64,000 nt of DNA, taken from the NCBI GenBank assembly GCA_032718475.1, contig JAUCBJ010005712.1, positions 62,001-126,000 on the forward strand, read 5' to 3'. The translations under genes were made by a program, and so were the position numbers. The notes under the pieces are model-generated. The model worked only from the letters and a program-made list of their open reading frames with translations, ran no database searches and was not told where the DNA came from. Positions 1-10,029 of the stretch are shown here, piece by piece (within the stretch, counting starts at the first letter, position 1; every line of letters begins with the position of its first letter). This DNA comes from Nemertoderma westbladi. Lineage: Eukaryota; Animalia; Xenacoelomorpha.

Positions 1-100
1 CCTGCAGACAGATTTCGGAAATTGTCTTCAACTTTTGGGAAATACTTTGCTTGTCTTGAGATCCGTCGTCGTCCTCATCGTCTTCCTCTTCAACATACAT
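1..100 (-). CDS. MCTP: MCTP exon (acidic linker), truncated by window edge
   Basis: tttag acceptor (101-102); MYVEEEDDEDDDGSQDKQSISQKLKTISEICLQ..., phase 0; matches the acidic stretch followed by K...IQEVC..VQN of MCTP proteins. Confidence 0.85.
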   Translation of the reverse strand, partial: MYVEEEDDEDDDGSQDKQSISQKLKTISEICLQ

Positions 101-108
101 CTAAATAA

Positions 109-1180
109 AATTAGTATAATCAGCAGATAATTAGTATAATTAACAGATAATTAGTATAATTAGCAGATAATTAGTATAATTAGCAAATAATTAGTATAAT
201 TAGCAGATAATTAGTATAATTAGCGGAGTATAATCAGCAGATAATTAGTATAATTAACAGATAATTAGTATAATTAGCAGATAATTAGTATAATTAGCAG
301 ATAATTAGTATAATTAGCAGATAATTAGTATAATCAGCAGATAATTAGTATAATTAACAGATAATTAGTATAATTAGCAGATAATTAGTATAATCAGCAG
401 ATAATTAGTATAATTAGCAGATAATTAGTATAATTAGCAGATAATTAGTATAATTAGCAGATAATTAGTATAATTAGCGGAGTATAATCAGCAGATAATT
501 AGTATAATTAACAGATAATTAGTATAAATAGCAGATAATTAGTATAATTAACAGATAATTAGTATAATTAGCAGATAATTAGTATAATTAGCAGATAATT
601 AGTATAATTAGCGGAGTATAATCAGCAGATAATTAGTATAATTAACAGATAATTAGTATAATTAGCAGATAATTAGTATAATTAGCGGAGTATAATCAGC
701 AGATAATTAGTATAATTAACAGATAATTAGTATAATTACCAGATAAAAAGTATAATTTGAGAATAATTAGTAAAATTAGCAGATAATTAGTATAATTGGC
801 AGATAATTAGTATAATTAGCAGATAATTAGTATAATTAACAGATAATTAGTATAATTAGCAGATAATTAGTATAATTAGCAGATTATTAGTATAATTAGC
901 AGATAAAAAGTATAATTAGCAGATAATTAGTATAATTAGCAGATAATTAGTATAATTAGCAGATAATTAGTATAATTAGCAGATAATTAGTATAATTAGC
1001 AAATAATTAGTATAAATAGCAGATAATTAGTATAAATAGCAGATAATTAGTATAATTAGCATATAATTAGTATAATTAGAAGACAATTAGTATAATCAAC
1101 AAATAATTAGTATAATTAGCAAATAATTAGTATAATTAATTTGCAAAAAATTAGTTTAATTAGCAAATCTTATAATTAGT
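109..1180. repeat. 20-bp minisatellite (ATAATTAGTATAATTAGCAG), ~50 copies
   Basis: Directly visible; 9+11 bp subunits, recurrent GCGGAGTATAATCAG and TTAACAG variants; decays after ~1060. Confidence 0.97.
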
Positions 1181-1400
1181 AAAATTTGCACAGCAAAAAC
1201 GAGGTGTTGAAAAACAACCGAGCTCAGGCCCTCAGGATCTCGTTACTAGGGAATATATCACTCTGATGAATTATTTCACTATAAGGTAGCATTTGTAGTT
1301 TAACTTTAACGTAAAAACTTTTGAAAATCCGACGTATTTTGATTAAGTTACAGTAATGTAATATGCCTATTCATATTTGTACACATAAAACCCTTAGGTA

Positions 1401-1477
1401 CTCTCGTGGCGTAGTGGTCAGATGGTTAAGGCGTTGGTTACATTACGTAGGTTACGAGTTCGAATCCCAGTCGGGAA
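1401..1477 (+). pseudogene. tRNA-derived sequence (Pol III A and B boxes; SINE head or tRNA pseudogene)
   Basis: A box TGGCGTAGTGG (1407-1417), B box GTTCGAATCC (1458-1467), TCTCG/CGGGA acceptor-like pairing, T-rich run downstream; no clean anticodon arm. Confidence 0.6.
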
Positions 1478-1519
1478 ATTTGTATTTTGGGGCCATTTAT
1501 TTTCGTGTGGTGCTAATTG

Positions 1520-1800
1520 GTAGGCCAATGAGAAGCGTACAACGTAGCGAATAATGAGCCAGGCCAATCATAGGGCATAAATTATCTTATTGCTCAAATG
1601 TGAGGCAGTGGAAAATTCTGTTAGGATTCCATGTCCCAGATTTAGTGTAAGGGCCGGACTGCGTTGAACGATGAGCTGGGCCAATCATAGGGCACGAAGC
1701 ACTTCATTGCTCAATTGTGAAGCTGTGGAAATTTCTGTTTAGTTTCCATGTGCAATTTCTAGTATAAAAAGGCCGGTTTGCCTTCGGTTATCACCTCAGT
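1520..1800 (+). promoter_or_regulatory. LTR-type Pol II promoter: three GGCCAAT boxes, ~118-bp diverged duplication, TATAAAAAGG, Inr-like TCAGT
   Basis: GGCCAAT near 1523, 1562, 1679; TATAAAAA near 1764; TCAGT at 1796-1800, ~30 nt downstream. Motif-based only. Confidence 0.45.
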
Positions 1801-3545
1801 ACCAAACCTCATACCTTGTGTTACACTCTCTTATTCTTGTAAAATTTAGTTTATTCGGTTTCTTGTTGAAACTTCGTTTTGATAAATCCTTTGTAAAACT
1901 GTAAATATACTGCAATTTCCTGACATGTTTTCTTTTGGTCCGACTTCGGGACAGCCGAACACCAGGGAGATGGCAGCCTAGACCGTTAGGCCGTAAGCAA
2001 CGCAGGGAAGGGATGTCCACAACACGCTAGCGCCCACATTGGATTGACCGCGCACCCCCTTTGCCCCCTTCGAAATGCTCAACTTGCCATGCAGCGCCCG
2101 CTTTGTGAGAAAGGTAAGACTTTGTTCGACGCCCTTGCCCGCCGTAAGACCTATAGATCAGGGTAAGCGTGACACCGCACTGGACGCCGCAAATTTAGGA
2201 TCAAATAATTATATCCAGACACCCCCCTCTTGTCAGTCCTACGAATCCCTGGGTTAACCTGTACTTCCTACAGGTGCGAACTATTGCCATTCGTCAGTAC
2301 GCGAGTACACATTAGGTACGGACAGCATACGTTCCATAATTTAGTGATTCATAGCACTGACTGTTTGGTACCGGTTCGCTTTGTAGAACGTACATTAGTA
2401 CCCCCCCCCCCCCCCCCCCCTTGTCTGGAGTTAGCTATTTGATCAGGCAAGGAGCATTTCTGCTACCGGCACACTGCTTGGCCTAGGGAGGTTTATTAAT
2501 ATCCTACCGCGCCTTGCCACGTACTGATAGGTATTGCTGCTAACTACCGCAGCAACAAAATTCTAGAATTAAATTAGTATACCAGATCAGCTAACGTACG
2601 GTAGCGATTAACCCCTATTCTTATCTTACAACCAGAATCTGGTATTAGTGCCGATCACGGGTGTAGTTACTAACACTGTGGTTGCCCATTGGGTTGTGGA
2701 TAGGAAGGAGAGAGCTTTGACGTCATTCGTGAGTATAAAGTTCTACAAACGCGACTAGTTTATTTTAGTAGCTAGCGCACGGTATCATTTTAGTCAGAAA
2801 ATCACTAAAACCTAGTAAAAGGAATTACCCGAAATTGTTTTATTTGTAACACACCCACACACACACGCCCTAAAACATACCGCCCTTAAAGTTCTACTAG
2901 CTATAGCGTACTATACATTACGTTAGGTGGAAATTATCTGTATTTGTAAAATTAGGATCTGATTTAGTTGCGGCAATAAGGAGTATTTCACTTTCGTTAT
3001 TAAACTGTTGTTTGTCTGGACAACGGTATTGTTACATTTAGGCCTGACCCTTTAGACTGATTTCGTACAGGGGGATCAGTTATTGTTACATTTAGGCACG
3101 ACCCCTTTTCGACTGATTTAGGACTGTCAGTGTTGTTACGCTAGGTCTGTTAACCCACTAGCTCGTATATAAACCATATAAATCACACCGCGGCAAGTTA
3201 CTGTATTTAGGACTGTCAGTGATAGTTAGGATTCGCTGCGCGGGGATTGTTTTCCCGTGAGTTTGGTCTGTTACTGTAACTGTACATCTGCCTCACCGGT
3301 TAGAGGACAGGTATCCTTCTGTCTAGTACGTAGGCATTAGACCCGCTCACGTACATAGAATAGATACAAGGCTCTGTTCCTCGCCAGTAGTCGTTTGTGT
3401 ACTATATCTGTTTGTTTAGATATCCTGGACTGGGATTTGTTGTCAGATACTGTACAAGCCCGTATACATTACTAGAGTCTCATAGTAAGATACATCGTTA
3501 CTAGGATCTGGTAAGCGGTATACTACTGGACCCTTACACACTCAC

Positions 3546-3665
3546 CTCGTCATCTGCTGCCGTGTACCCGCCGACGGTGAGAATGATATAGTTCTTGAGA
3601 AATATTAGAAGAATTACCAACGGAATCATATATGGTTCAAAATTCCATACAGAAATCAGGAAGAC
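3546..3665 (-). CDS. MCTP: MCTP exon encoding the first hydrophobic/transmembrane segment, 40 codons
   Basis: tttag acceptor (3666-3667), GAG|gtgagt donor (3544-3545); VFLISVWNFEPYMIPLVILLIFLKNYIILTVGGYTAADDE, in frame with the previous exon; matches the MCTP VWNFE.YM.PL.LLL...NY motif. Not in the ORF track. Confidence 0.9.
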
Positions 3666-3691
3666 CTAAAACAATAAAATGTTATGAACAA

Positions 3692-4412
3692 ATCTAACTA
3701 CATGCCTAGTGCCAATCACATCTAACTACATGCCTAGTGCCAATCACATCTAACTACATGCCTAGTGCCAATCACATCTAACTACCATCTAACTACATGC
3801 CTAGTGCCAATCACATCTAACTACATGCCTAGTGCCAATCACATCTAACTACATGCCTAGTGCCAATCACATCTAACTACATGCCTAGTGCCAATCACAT
3901 CTAACTACATGCCTAGTGCCAATCACATCTAACTACATGCCTAGTGCCAATCACATCTAACTACATGCCTAGTGCCAATCACATCTAACTACATGCCTAG
4001 TGCCAATCACATCTAACTACATGCCTAGTGCCAATCACATCTAACTACATGCCTAGTGCTAATCACATCTAACTACATGCCTAGTGCCAATCACATCTAA
4101 CTACATGCCTAGTGCTAATCACATCTAACTACATGCCCAGTGCCAATAAAATTGAACTACATGCCTAGTGTCAATCACATCTAACTACATGCCTAGTGCC
4201 CTAGTGCCAATCACATCTAACTACATGCCTAGTGCCAATCACATCTAACTACATGCCTAGTGCCAATCACATCTAACTACATGCCTAGTGCCAATCACAT
4301 CTAACTACATGCCTAGTGCTAATCACATCTAACTACATGCCCAGTGCCAATAAAATTGAACTACATGCCTAGTGTCAATCACATCTAACTACATGCCTAG
4401 TGCCCTAGTGCC
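3692..4412. repeat. 28-bp minisatellite (ATCTAACTACATGCCTAGTGCCAATCAC), ~25 copies
   Basis: Directly visible; a variant block (CCCAGTGCCAATAAAATTGAAC...GTGTCAATC...GTGCCCTAGTG) occurs twice (~4135 and ~4340). Confidence 0.97.
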
Positions 4413-5149
4413 TACTCCTTTGTTCAGAAACATCAATTTAGAAGGTAATTAATATAATCTGCTTGTGTAATCAATATATCATCTTAGTCCGTCAGATATT
4501 GCATTATACCTTGCATGGGAGTATATAGTAAATGTTTTAACTGATTCGGGTAGGTAATATTGTTGTTGTCATCAATATTAATAACGATAATGAAGTTTTG
4601 TATAGTTAAATTAATTTTAAAAATAAATAGATAAATTAAGTACATACCATTGCATCAACATAAATCTTAAATTCCTGGTTGTATCTGTATCTTAATATAT
4701 TGTATAATATGCTGTATTAAATTCAATTTACAGCCAAATATATTAAATAACAACACTTTACATAAAAGTCTCCAGCAAAAATATGTGGGGTGCGGATGAA
4801 ATGAATATTCTCATAAAAGTATACGCAGTACTTAGGTACTTTTCTTAGTAACAGTACTTGGGTACTGTCAGAATCACTAGAGGGAGCCGAAAGGCTCCTC
4901 TGCTCATTAAAGCAGGTTGCTTCTAGTTTTGGTCTTTTTGTAAACTCCAATAAGACCAAAATTTTGACAGTGAACCTTGACAGCCCTCAAGACATGTCTG
5001 ATAGTAAGGGAATAAGCTCCATAGGTTATAAGACAGATAACAAATAAGTGCTATAAAACACTTAATAAAGATAAATTAAAAATCAAAAATCTTCATATAT
5101 AAAATTCCAATAAAATATCGACCGAAAAGTGAAATCCTGATATTCTTCA

Positions 5150-5518
5150 CATGGGCGGAAATCTCTTTAGGATCAGGAAATATCTGTGAGGCACAAATGC
5201 TGAGATTAATCACAGCACTGATCTGCCGAAACTACTGTAATTGTAATTCGTTACTTTATCGTATACCAGATAATTGGATTCAACGATTGAAATTGATATT
5301 AAACAGTTGCGCCCGTCTCATGTTTTAGAAAAGATTTGCAGTCTTCGCATCGAGACCTCACTTGCAGCCTACAAAAAGGAACTAAAAACTCATTCTTTCA
5401 ACAAAGGTATTTCACTGAATCCAGCTGCAGTGCATTTGAACTATAACTTTATTTCAACTGCATTTTCTTGAAACACCTAAGAAGAAAGAGAAATCCAAAA
5501 AAAAACAAAAAAAAAAAC
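5150..5518 (+). mobile_element. Decayed 3' end of an L2/CR1-group LINE
   Basis: Frameshifted translation GNLFRIRKYL / EAQMLRLITALICRNYCNCNSLLYRIP ... SLAAYKKELKTHSF resembles the L2 ORF2 C-terminal motifs (RIR.YL, LDYCNSLL.GLP, FK..LKTHLF); A-rich tail at ~5497-5517. Confidence 0.65.
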
Positions 5519-6239
5519 TTTCACTTCGTTGTTTCAACAAGCATCCACTGCACATACTTAAAAGTTAAAACACACGATCGACGACAAGCAAAAATTACTA
5601 TGTACCACGGACCCGACAACTACAAGGACAGAAATCATTAAACGATAGATACAGATATTAAACAAAGTAAATCGAAAAATCATTATAAATATTAAGATTA
5701 AGTATATTACATAAATAGTAGCATAATAACAAAATATTAAGATTTTATTCACTTTCTTATCATAACAATATAAATTAAATTAATTAAATAAACGAATAAA
5801 AAGTAAAATAAATATACTGTACTTTTTGAGATTAAAAAGGAATCGCCTCAACTGTTACTGGTTGGATAGGCTAGTAGTAATAGACCCCCCCCCCCCCCCG
5901 CCCCCCGAACTGGTCGTTGATAGCAGATGACAAAACTAGCCTCGGCTACTACTGTCAACTACTATCAGTGCACTATCAACACTCAAAAACTAAATTCCTT
6001 TAAAGCAAATTTTTAAATTTTTAAATGCTTACTACTGCCAAGCCTTGGAGTAATCGAAACACTACAAATAGTTTTACCTTACTAAACTTTGCTGCATCTA
6101 TAATAAGCCAAAGTGAAAAGATATGTTCTAGACATCCTCTGCCCTTTTGGGCTCCAGCCTGACACTTATCTATATTGCACCATAGCCTAGCACAAAGCCT
6201 AGCACAAAGCTAGTAAAAATTATTAGAAATTGCATTTTT

Positions 6240-6880
6240 ATAATATTAGTGAGTAATAATTAGGTAATAATGGAGTAGTAAATTTTATGCAATATTGCAA
6301 GTAATTATTGGTGTAGCAAATTATGTAATATTGGCGAGTAATTATGAGAGTAGTATAAATTGTTATGTAATTATTATTGGTGTATAAATTATGTAATATT
6401 GGCGAGTAATTATGAGAGTAGTATAAATTGTTATGTAATTATTATTGGTGTATAAATTTTATGTCCTTGGCGAATAATAATTGGTGCAGTCTATACATGG
6501 AACATGGCGAGTGAATTTTGGAGTAGTAAAGAATTGTTGTACATAATCCAGTAATTATTAATGGAGTAATAAATTGTATATTATTGGCGAGTAATAATTG
6601 GAGCAGTCAATTTATGTAACATGGCGATTAATTATTGGAGTAGTAAACGTTGTACGTAAGCAAGTAATTATTATTGGAGTAGTAAATTATCTATTTTTAG
6701 CGATAATTCAGTAAAATTTGGGATTAAAAATTGACATTGTAATTTTTATATAATATTTGGCTTGAAGCAAAAATTTACTGTCTTCGGTGCTGAGTAATTA
6801 TTAAGTAGCTAAAATTTTTCCAGTAATTAGTATTGTAAAAATTAATTGTAATATTATTTGCTGTAGTTATGGAGTAATTC
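6240..6880. repeat. Old degenerate AT-rich tandem repeat with a recent exact 68-bp duplication (6318/6386)
   Basis: Recurring GGCGAGTAAT(T/A)ATTGGAGTAGTAAA motifs at ~35-40 bp spacing. Confidence 0.75.
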
Positions 6881-7024
6881 ATTTAAATTTAGTTATTTCA
6901 TTTGTATTCCTTTAAGTTTAGTTTTCATGCATATTTGGAGGGAAATTTGAATAGCATACAGTAGTAATACTTACTTAGTAGCTAGATACCGGTTGCGGTT
7001 GTGTGTTTTTATTTTAATTTTAAT

Positions 7025-7065
7025 TTACTCTGAAGAAGCCCGTTAAGGGAGAAATGCATCAGTAA
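7025..7065 (+). ncRNA. Minimal type I hammerhead ribozyme motif of Penelope-like element type (probably decayed)
   Basis: Stem I TTACT/AGTAA, core CTGAAGA, stem II CCC-GTTAA-GGG, GAAA, palindromic stem III ATGCAT, cleavage triplet ATC. Confidence 0.6.
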
Positions 7066-7249
7066 TCAAATTTATTTAAATTAGCGGGAAAGAAGACCCT
7101 TTATCCACCCAATTATCTAATTCTTAATGGCATCTTTCCGGGAGGCATGTCGTCTTACGAGACTAGAAAGTGCGCTTTACAAATTTCATATTATGATTAT
7201 TATTATTACTTGGGATCATGGATCCGGAAGTTTCCAAGATTCGATTATT

Positions 7250-7602
7250 TATGGCAGCAGTAGTACCAGTACTCTTATATGGGAGTCCATCCTGGGCTCT
7301 AACTGCAGAGGATACCAAATTTCTGGATGGTCACTTTCACAAGAATGCTGCACCGGGTTTATTGTGTCAAGTACAATAAACATATCTCCAATCAGACTCT
7401 ATAAAACATTGTAGGTGCTTTTTTTAGTCTCCCCTAGTTTAACACTTGAACAAAGTCGCCTCCGCTTTGCAGGACATTGCTTTCACCGTGAGGTCCAGCC
7501 AGTACACAATCTTATGCTTATGCGGCCTCGGAGTAAATAAGTATGTTGGAGAGCCCATGACTTACTTGAAACGCCTCTTAAAGGACACTGGCCTTGGATG
7601 TC
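7250..7602 (+). mobile_element. Decayed LINE fragment related to the element at 10030-11450
   Basis: CTTGAAACGCCTCTTAAAGGACACTGGCCTTG (~7565) vs CTTGAGATGCCTCCTAAAGGATACTGGCCTTG (~10039), LKRLLKDTGL vs LRCLLKDTGL; upstream GFIV and ILCLCG are weakly APE-endonuclease-like. Confidence 0.45.
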
Positions 7603-8351
7603 ACGAAACAAACCGCACAATACAAACACCTGCGCGATATAGACTCAGACACAGCAAAGTCGACATGCAGATAGTAAGCGTTCTAATAGGGGTAGACAAC
7701 CCAGAGTGTTTTGAGACAATAGAAGAGCGGAGAGGCGTTAGGAACGTCCCATGGGCGAAATTAATCCCATTCAGAAGGGCGGTCGGTATATGGACCAGTC
7801 GACGCTGACGAAGCAGAAATTAACAGGCGAATGGGATCCTGGATAGATATTGTAATATGGATTTTGATTATTTCATTGAATATAGATAGATAGAAAGGAT
7901 ATAGTATGGGAGAAACCTTACGACTATTTCGGAAGAACCAGAACCAGTAGAACCAATGACATAGTCCTCTGGAGGGTGTCTAATTGTGGGTGCCAAAGGT
8001 AGGGAGTCAGACGGTCTCTTAGCGGCAAATAACAGGACGTCCTCTATAGTGCGAAGGAGGAAGGGACGTCCTAGTCAGCGCCGAAAACGAAAGGGATTTC
8101 TAAGACACCTAATAAATTGGAACCTAGATTAGAATCAGGCAATATAGAAGAAAAAGCAATGGAGGATTCCATAGTAAACGACAGATTACGTCAAACGATA
8201 AGAAACGACATAATAATAAGATCAACACCGATTATTATGGAGTATTTATAAGTCCCCATCACATACGAATAATGAGGGAAGTTAGTTGAAACACTCAGTA
8301 AGAATCCGCGAGAAATAACATTTTGTACGCATACTCGCAAAATAATGTATT

Positions 8352-8495
8352 TAAAGTAATAAAATACAGTACGAAGTAAAATAAAGTAATAAAATAAAGT
8401 ACGAAGTAAAATAAAGTAATAAAATAAAGTATGTAGTAAAATAAAGTAATAAAATAAAGTATGTAGTAAAATAAAGTAAGAAGAAAAGTACGAAG
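8352..8495. repeat. 30-bp AT-rich tandem repeat (AAAGTAATAAAATAAAGTA[CGA/TGT]AGTAAAAT), ~4.5 copies
   Basis: Directly visible. Confidence 0.9.
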
Positions 8496-8598
8496 ATAAT
8501 AATTAAATGTAATTAGCTGAATGAAAGATAAAATGTGAATATGAATTAATTATGTCGAATACCAGCTATATGAAATAAAGCAATTTGATGATAGCTGA

Positions 8599-8698
8599 TG
8601 CGTGATCAGACAGAACCGACTGGTTTAGTTTGTAGAATTGTGCGTGGTCAGACAGGACTGACTGGTTTAGTATGTAGAACTGCGTTATCAAACAGAAC
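8599..8698. repeat. ~42-bp tandem duplication (2.4 copies) next to the MCTP splice donor
   Basis: TGCGTG(A/G)TCAGACAG..GACTGGTTTAGT.TGTAGAA at 8599 and 8641, partial at 8681; explains the LNQSVLSDHA repeat in the ORF read-through. Confidence 0.85.
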
Positions 8699-8709
8699 AT
8701 TATACTCAC

Positions 8710-8829
8710 GAAAAAGGCTGCTGATGATCGAAATTTATTTTCCCAAGCAAAACAACTTCTGACAAATTTTCGTGACGTCACTATAACATTGCTCAATTTC
8801 TTAAGGCGGTTCACATTCCGAGAAAGAAG
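8710..8829 (-). CDS. MCTP: MCTP (multiple C2 and transmembrane domain protein) internal exon, 40 codons
   Basis: ttgcag acceptor (8830-8831) and gtgagt donor (8708-8709); 120 nt, phase 0; LLSRNVNRLKKLSNVIVTSRKFVRSCFAWENKFRSSAAFF resembles the MCTP1/2 segment LLLRN..R......SCF.W....RS..AF as I recall it (no database search run). Confidence 0.88.
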
Positions 8830-9176
8830 CTGCAATATTAAAATATTTAATTAAAATTTTCGTTGAGAAGGAAATGAAAAAAAAATACCAATAATATATT
8901 AACCAATAATAACCAATAATTTAGGGTTCCTTTATTATATTATAGCGCATATTATATTATAGATTCGAACCGGTTAATAAAACTATAAAAAAATAATAAA
9001 ACAATAAAAACGAATAAAACAATACGGGAAGAAGAGAGTTACAAACTTGAAGCCTGAAGGAGAGCTTACAACTTACTGAGAGCTTACAACTTACTGAGAG
9101 CTTACAAAGATAAATCTTTACAGGATTTTTCCGTGAGGACGACAATGTTCGTTGGCGGATCTAGGATTTCAGAGGG

Positions 9177-10020
9177 TCAGATCCGCCCCTGTTGGCGGCC
9201 TCAGGAGGGGCATGCAGCAGCAGGAGCATACGTGTGGTGGGCGTCAGATCCGCCCCTGTTGGCGGTCTAAGGAGGGGCATGCAGCAGCAGGAGCATACGT
9301 GTGGTGGGCGTCAGATCCGCCCCTGTTGGCGGCCTCAGGAGGGGCATGCAGCAGCAGGAGCATACGTGTGGTGGGCGTCAGATCCGCCCCTGTTGGCGGC
9401 CTCAGGAGGGGCATGCAGCAGCAGGAGCATACGTGTGGTGGGCGTCAGATCCGCCCCTGTTGGCGGTCTCAGGAGGGGCATGCAGCAGCAGGAGCATACG
9501 TGTGGTGGGCGTCAGATCCGCCCCTGTTGGCGGCCTCAGGAGGGGCATGCAGCAGCAGGAGCATACGTGTGGTGGGCGTCAGATCCGCCCCTGTTGGCGG
9601 CCTCAGGAGGGGCATGCAGCACCAGGAGCATACGTGTGGTGGGCGTCAGATCCGCCCCTGTTGGCGGCCTCAGGAGGGGCATGCAGCAGCAGGAGCATAC
9701 GTGTGGTGGGCGTCAGATCCGCCCCTGTTGGCGGCCTCAGGAGGGGCATGCAGCAGCAGGAGCATACGTGTGGTGGGCGTCAGATCCGCCCCTGTTGGCG
9801 GCCTCAGGAGGGGCATGCAGCAGCAGGAGCATACGTGTGGTGGGCGTCAGATCCGCCCCTGTTGGCGGTCTCTATCCGCCCCTGTTGGCGGCCTCTATCC
9901 GCCCCTGTTGGCGGCCTCTATCCGCCCCTGTTGGCGGCCTCTATCCGCCCCTGTTGGCGGCCTCTATCCGCCCCTGTTGGCGGCCTCATGCATGCAGGAG
10001 TGAATACGTGTGGTGGGCGT
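9177..10020. repeat. GC-rich 67-bp minisatellite (10 copies) followed by ~6 copies of a 23-bp sub-unit
   Basis: Unit TCAGATCCGCCCCTGTTGGCGGCCTCAGGAGGGGCATGCAGCAGCAGGAGCATACGTGTGGTGGGCG; sub-unit ATCCGCCCCTGTTGGCGGCCTCT at 9851-9986. Confidence 0.97.
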
Positions 10021-10029
10021 TTGGCAGCA

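Larger units (their letters stand above)
1264..3538. mobile_element. LTR-like insertion (long solo LTR or deleted LTR element), 2275 bp
   Basis: Begins TGATGAA (1264), ends CCTTACA (3538), flanked by perfect 5-bp direct repeat CACTC (1259-1263, 3539-3543); higher GC than flanking intron; promoter-like motifs and internal short duplications; no gag/pol ORF. Confidence 0.65.

Noticed and set aside
1401-1477. Functional tRNA gene
   Set aside because: Extra bases after the A box and no well-formed anticodon or T stems.
2020-2235. PBS-like TAGCGCCCACATTGG (~2028) and minus-strand PPT-like AAGAGGGGGG-TG (~2221-2231) suggesting a two-LTR element
   Set aside because: No second copy of either end sequence within 1264-3538, and the two signals are on opposite strands.
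8566-8835. 89-aa ORF as a complete gene
   Set aside because: Only 8710-8829 is exon; the remainder is read-through past the GTGAGT donor into a 42-bp duplication.
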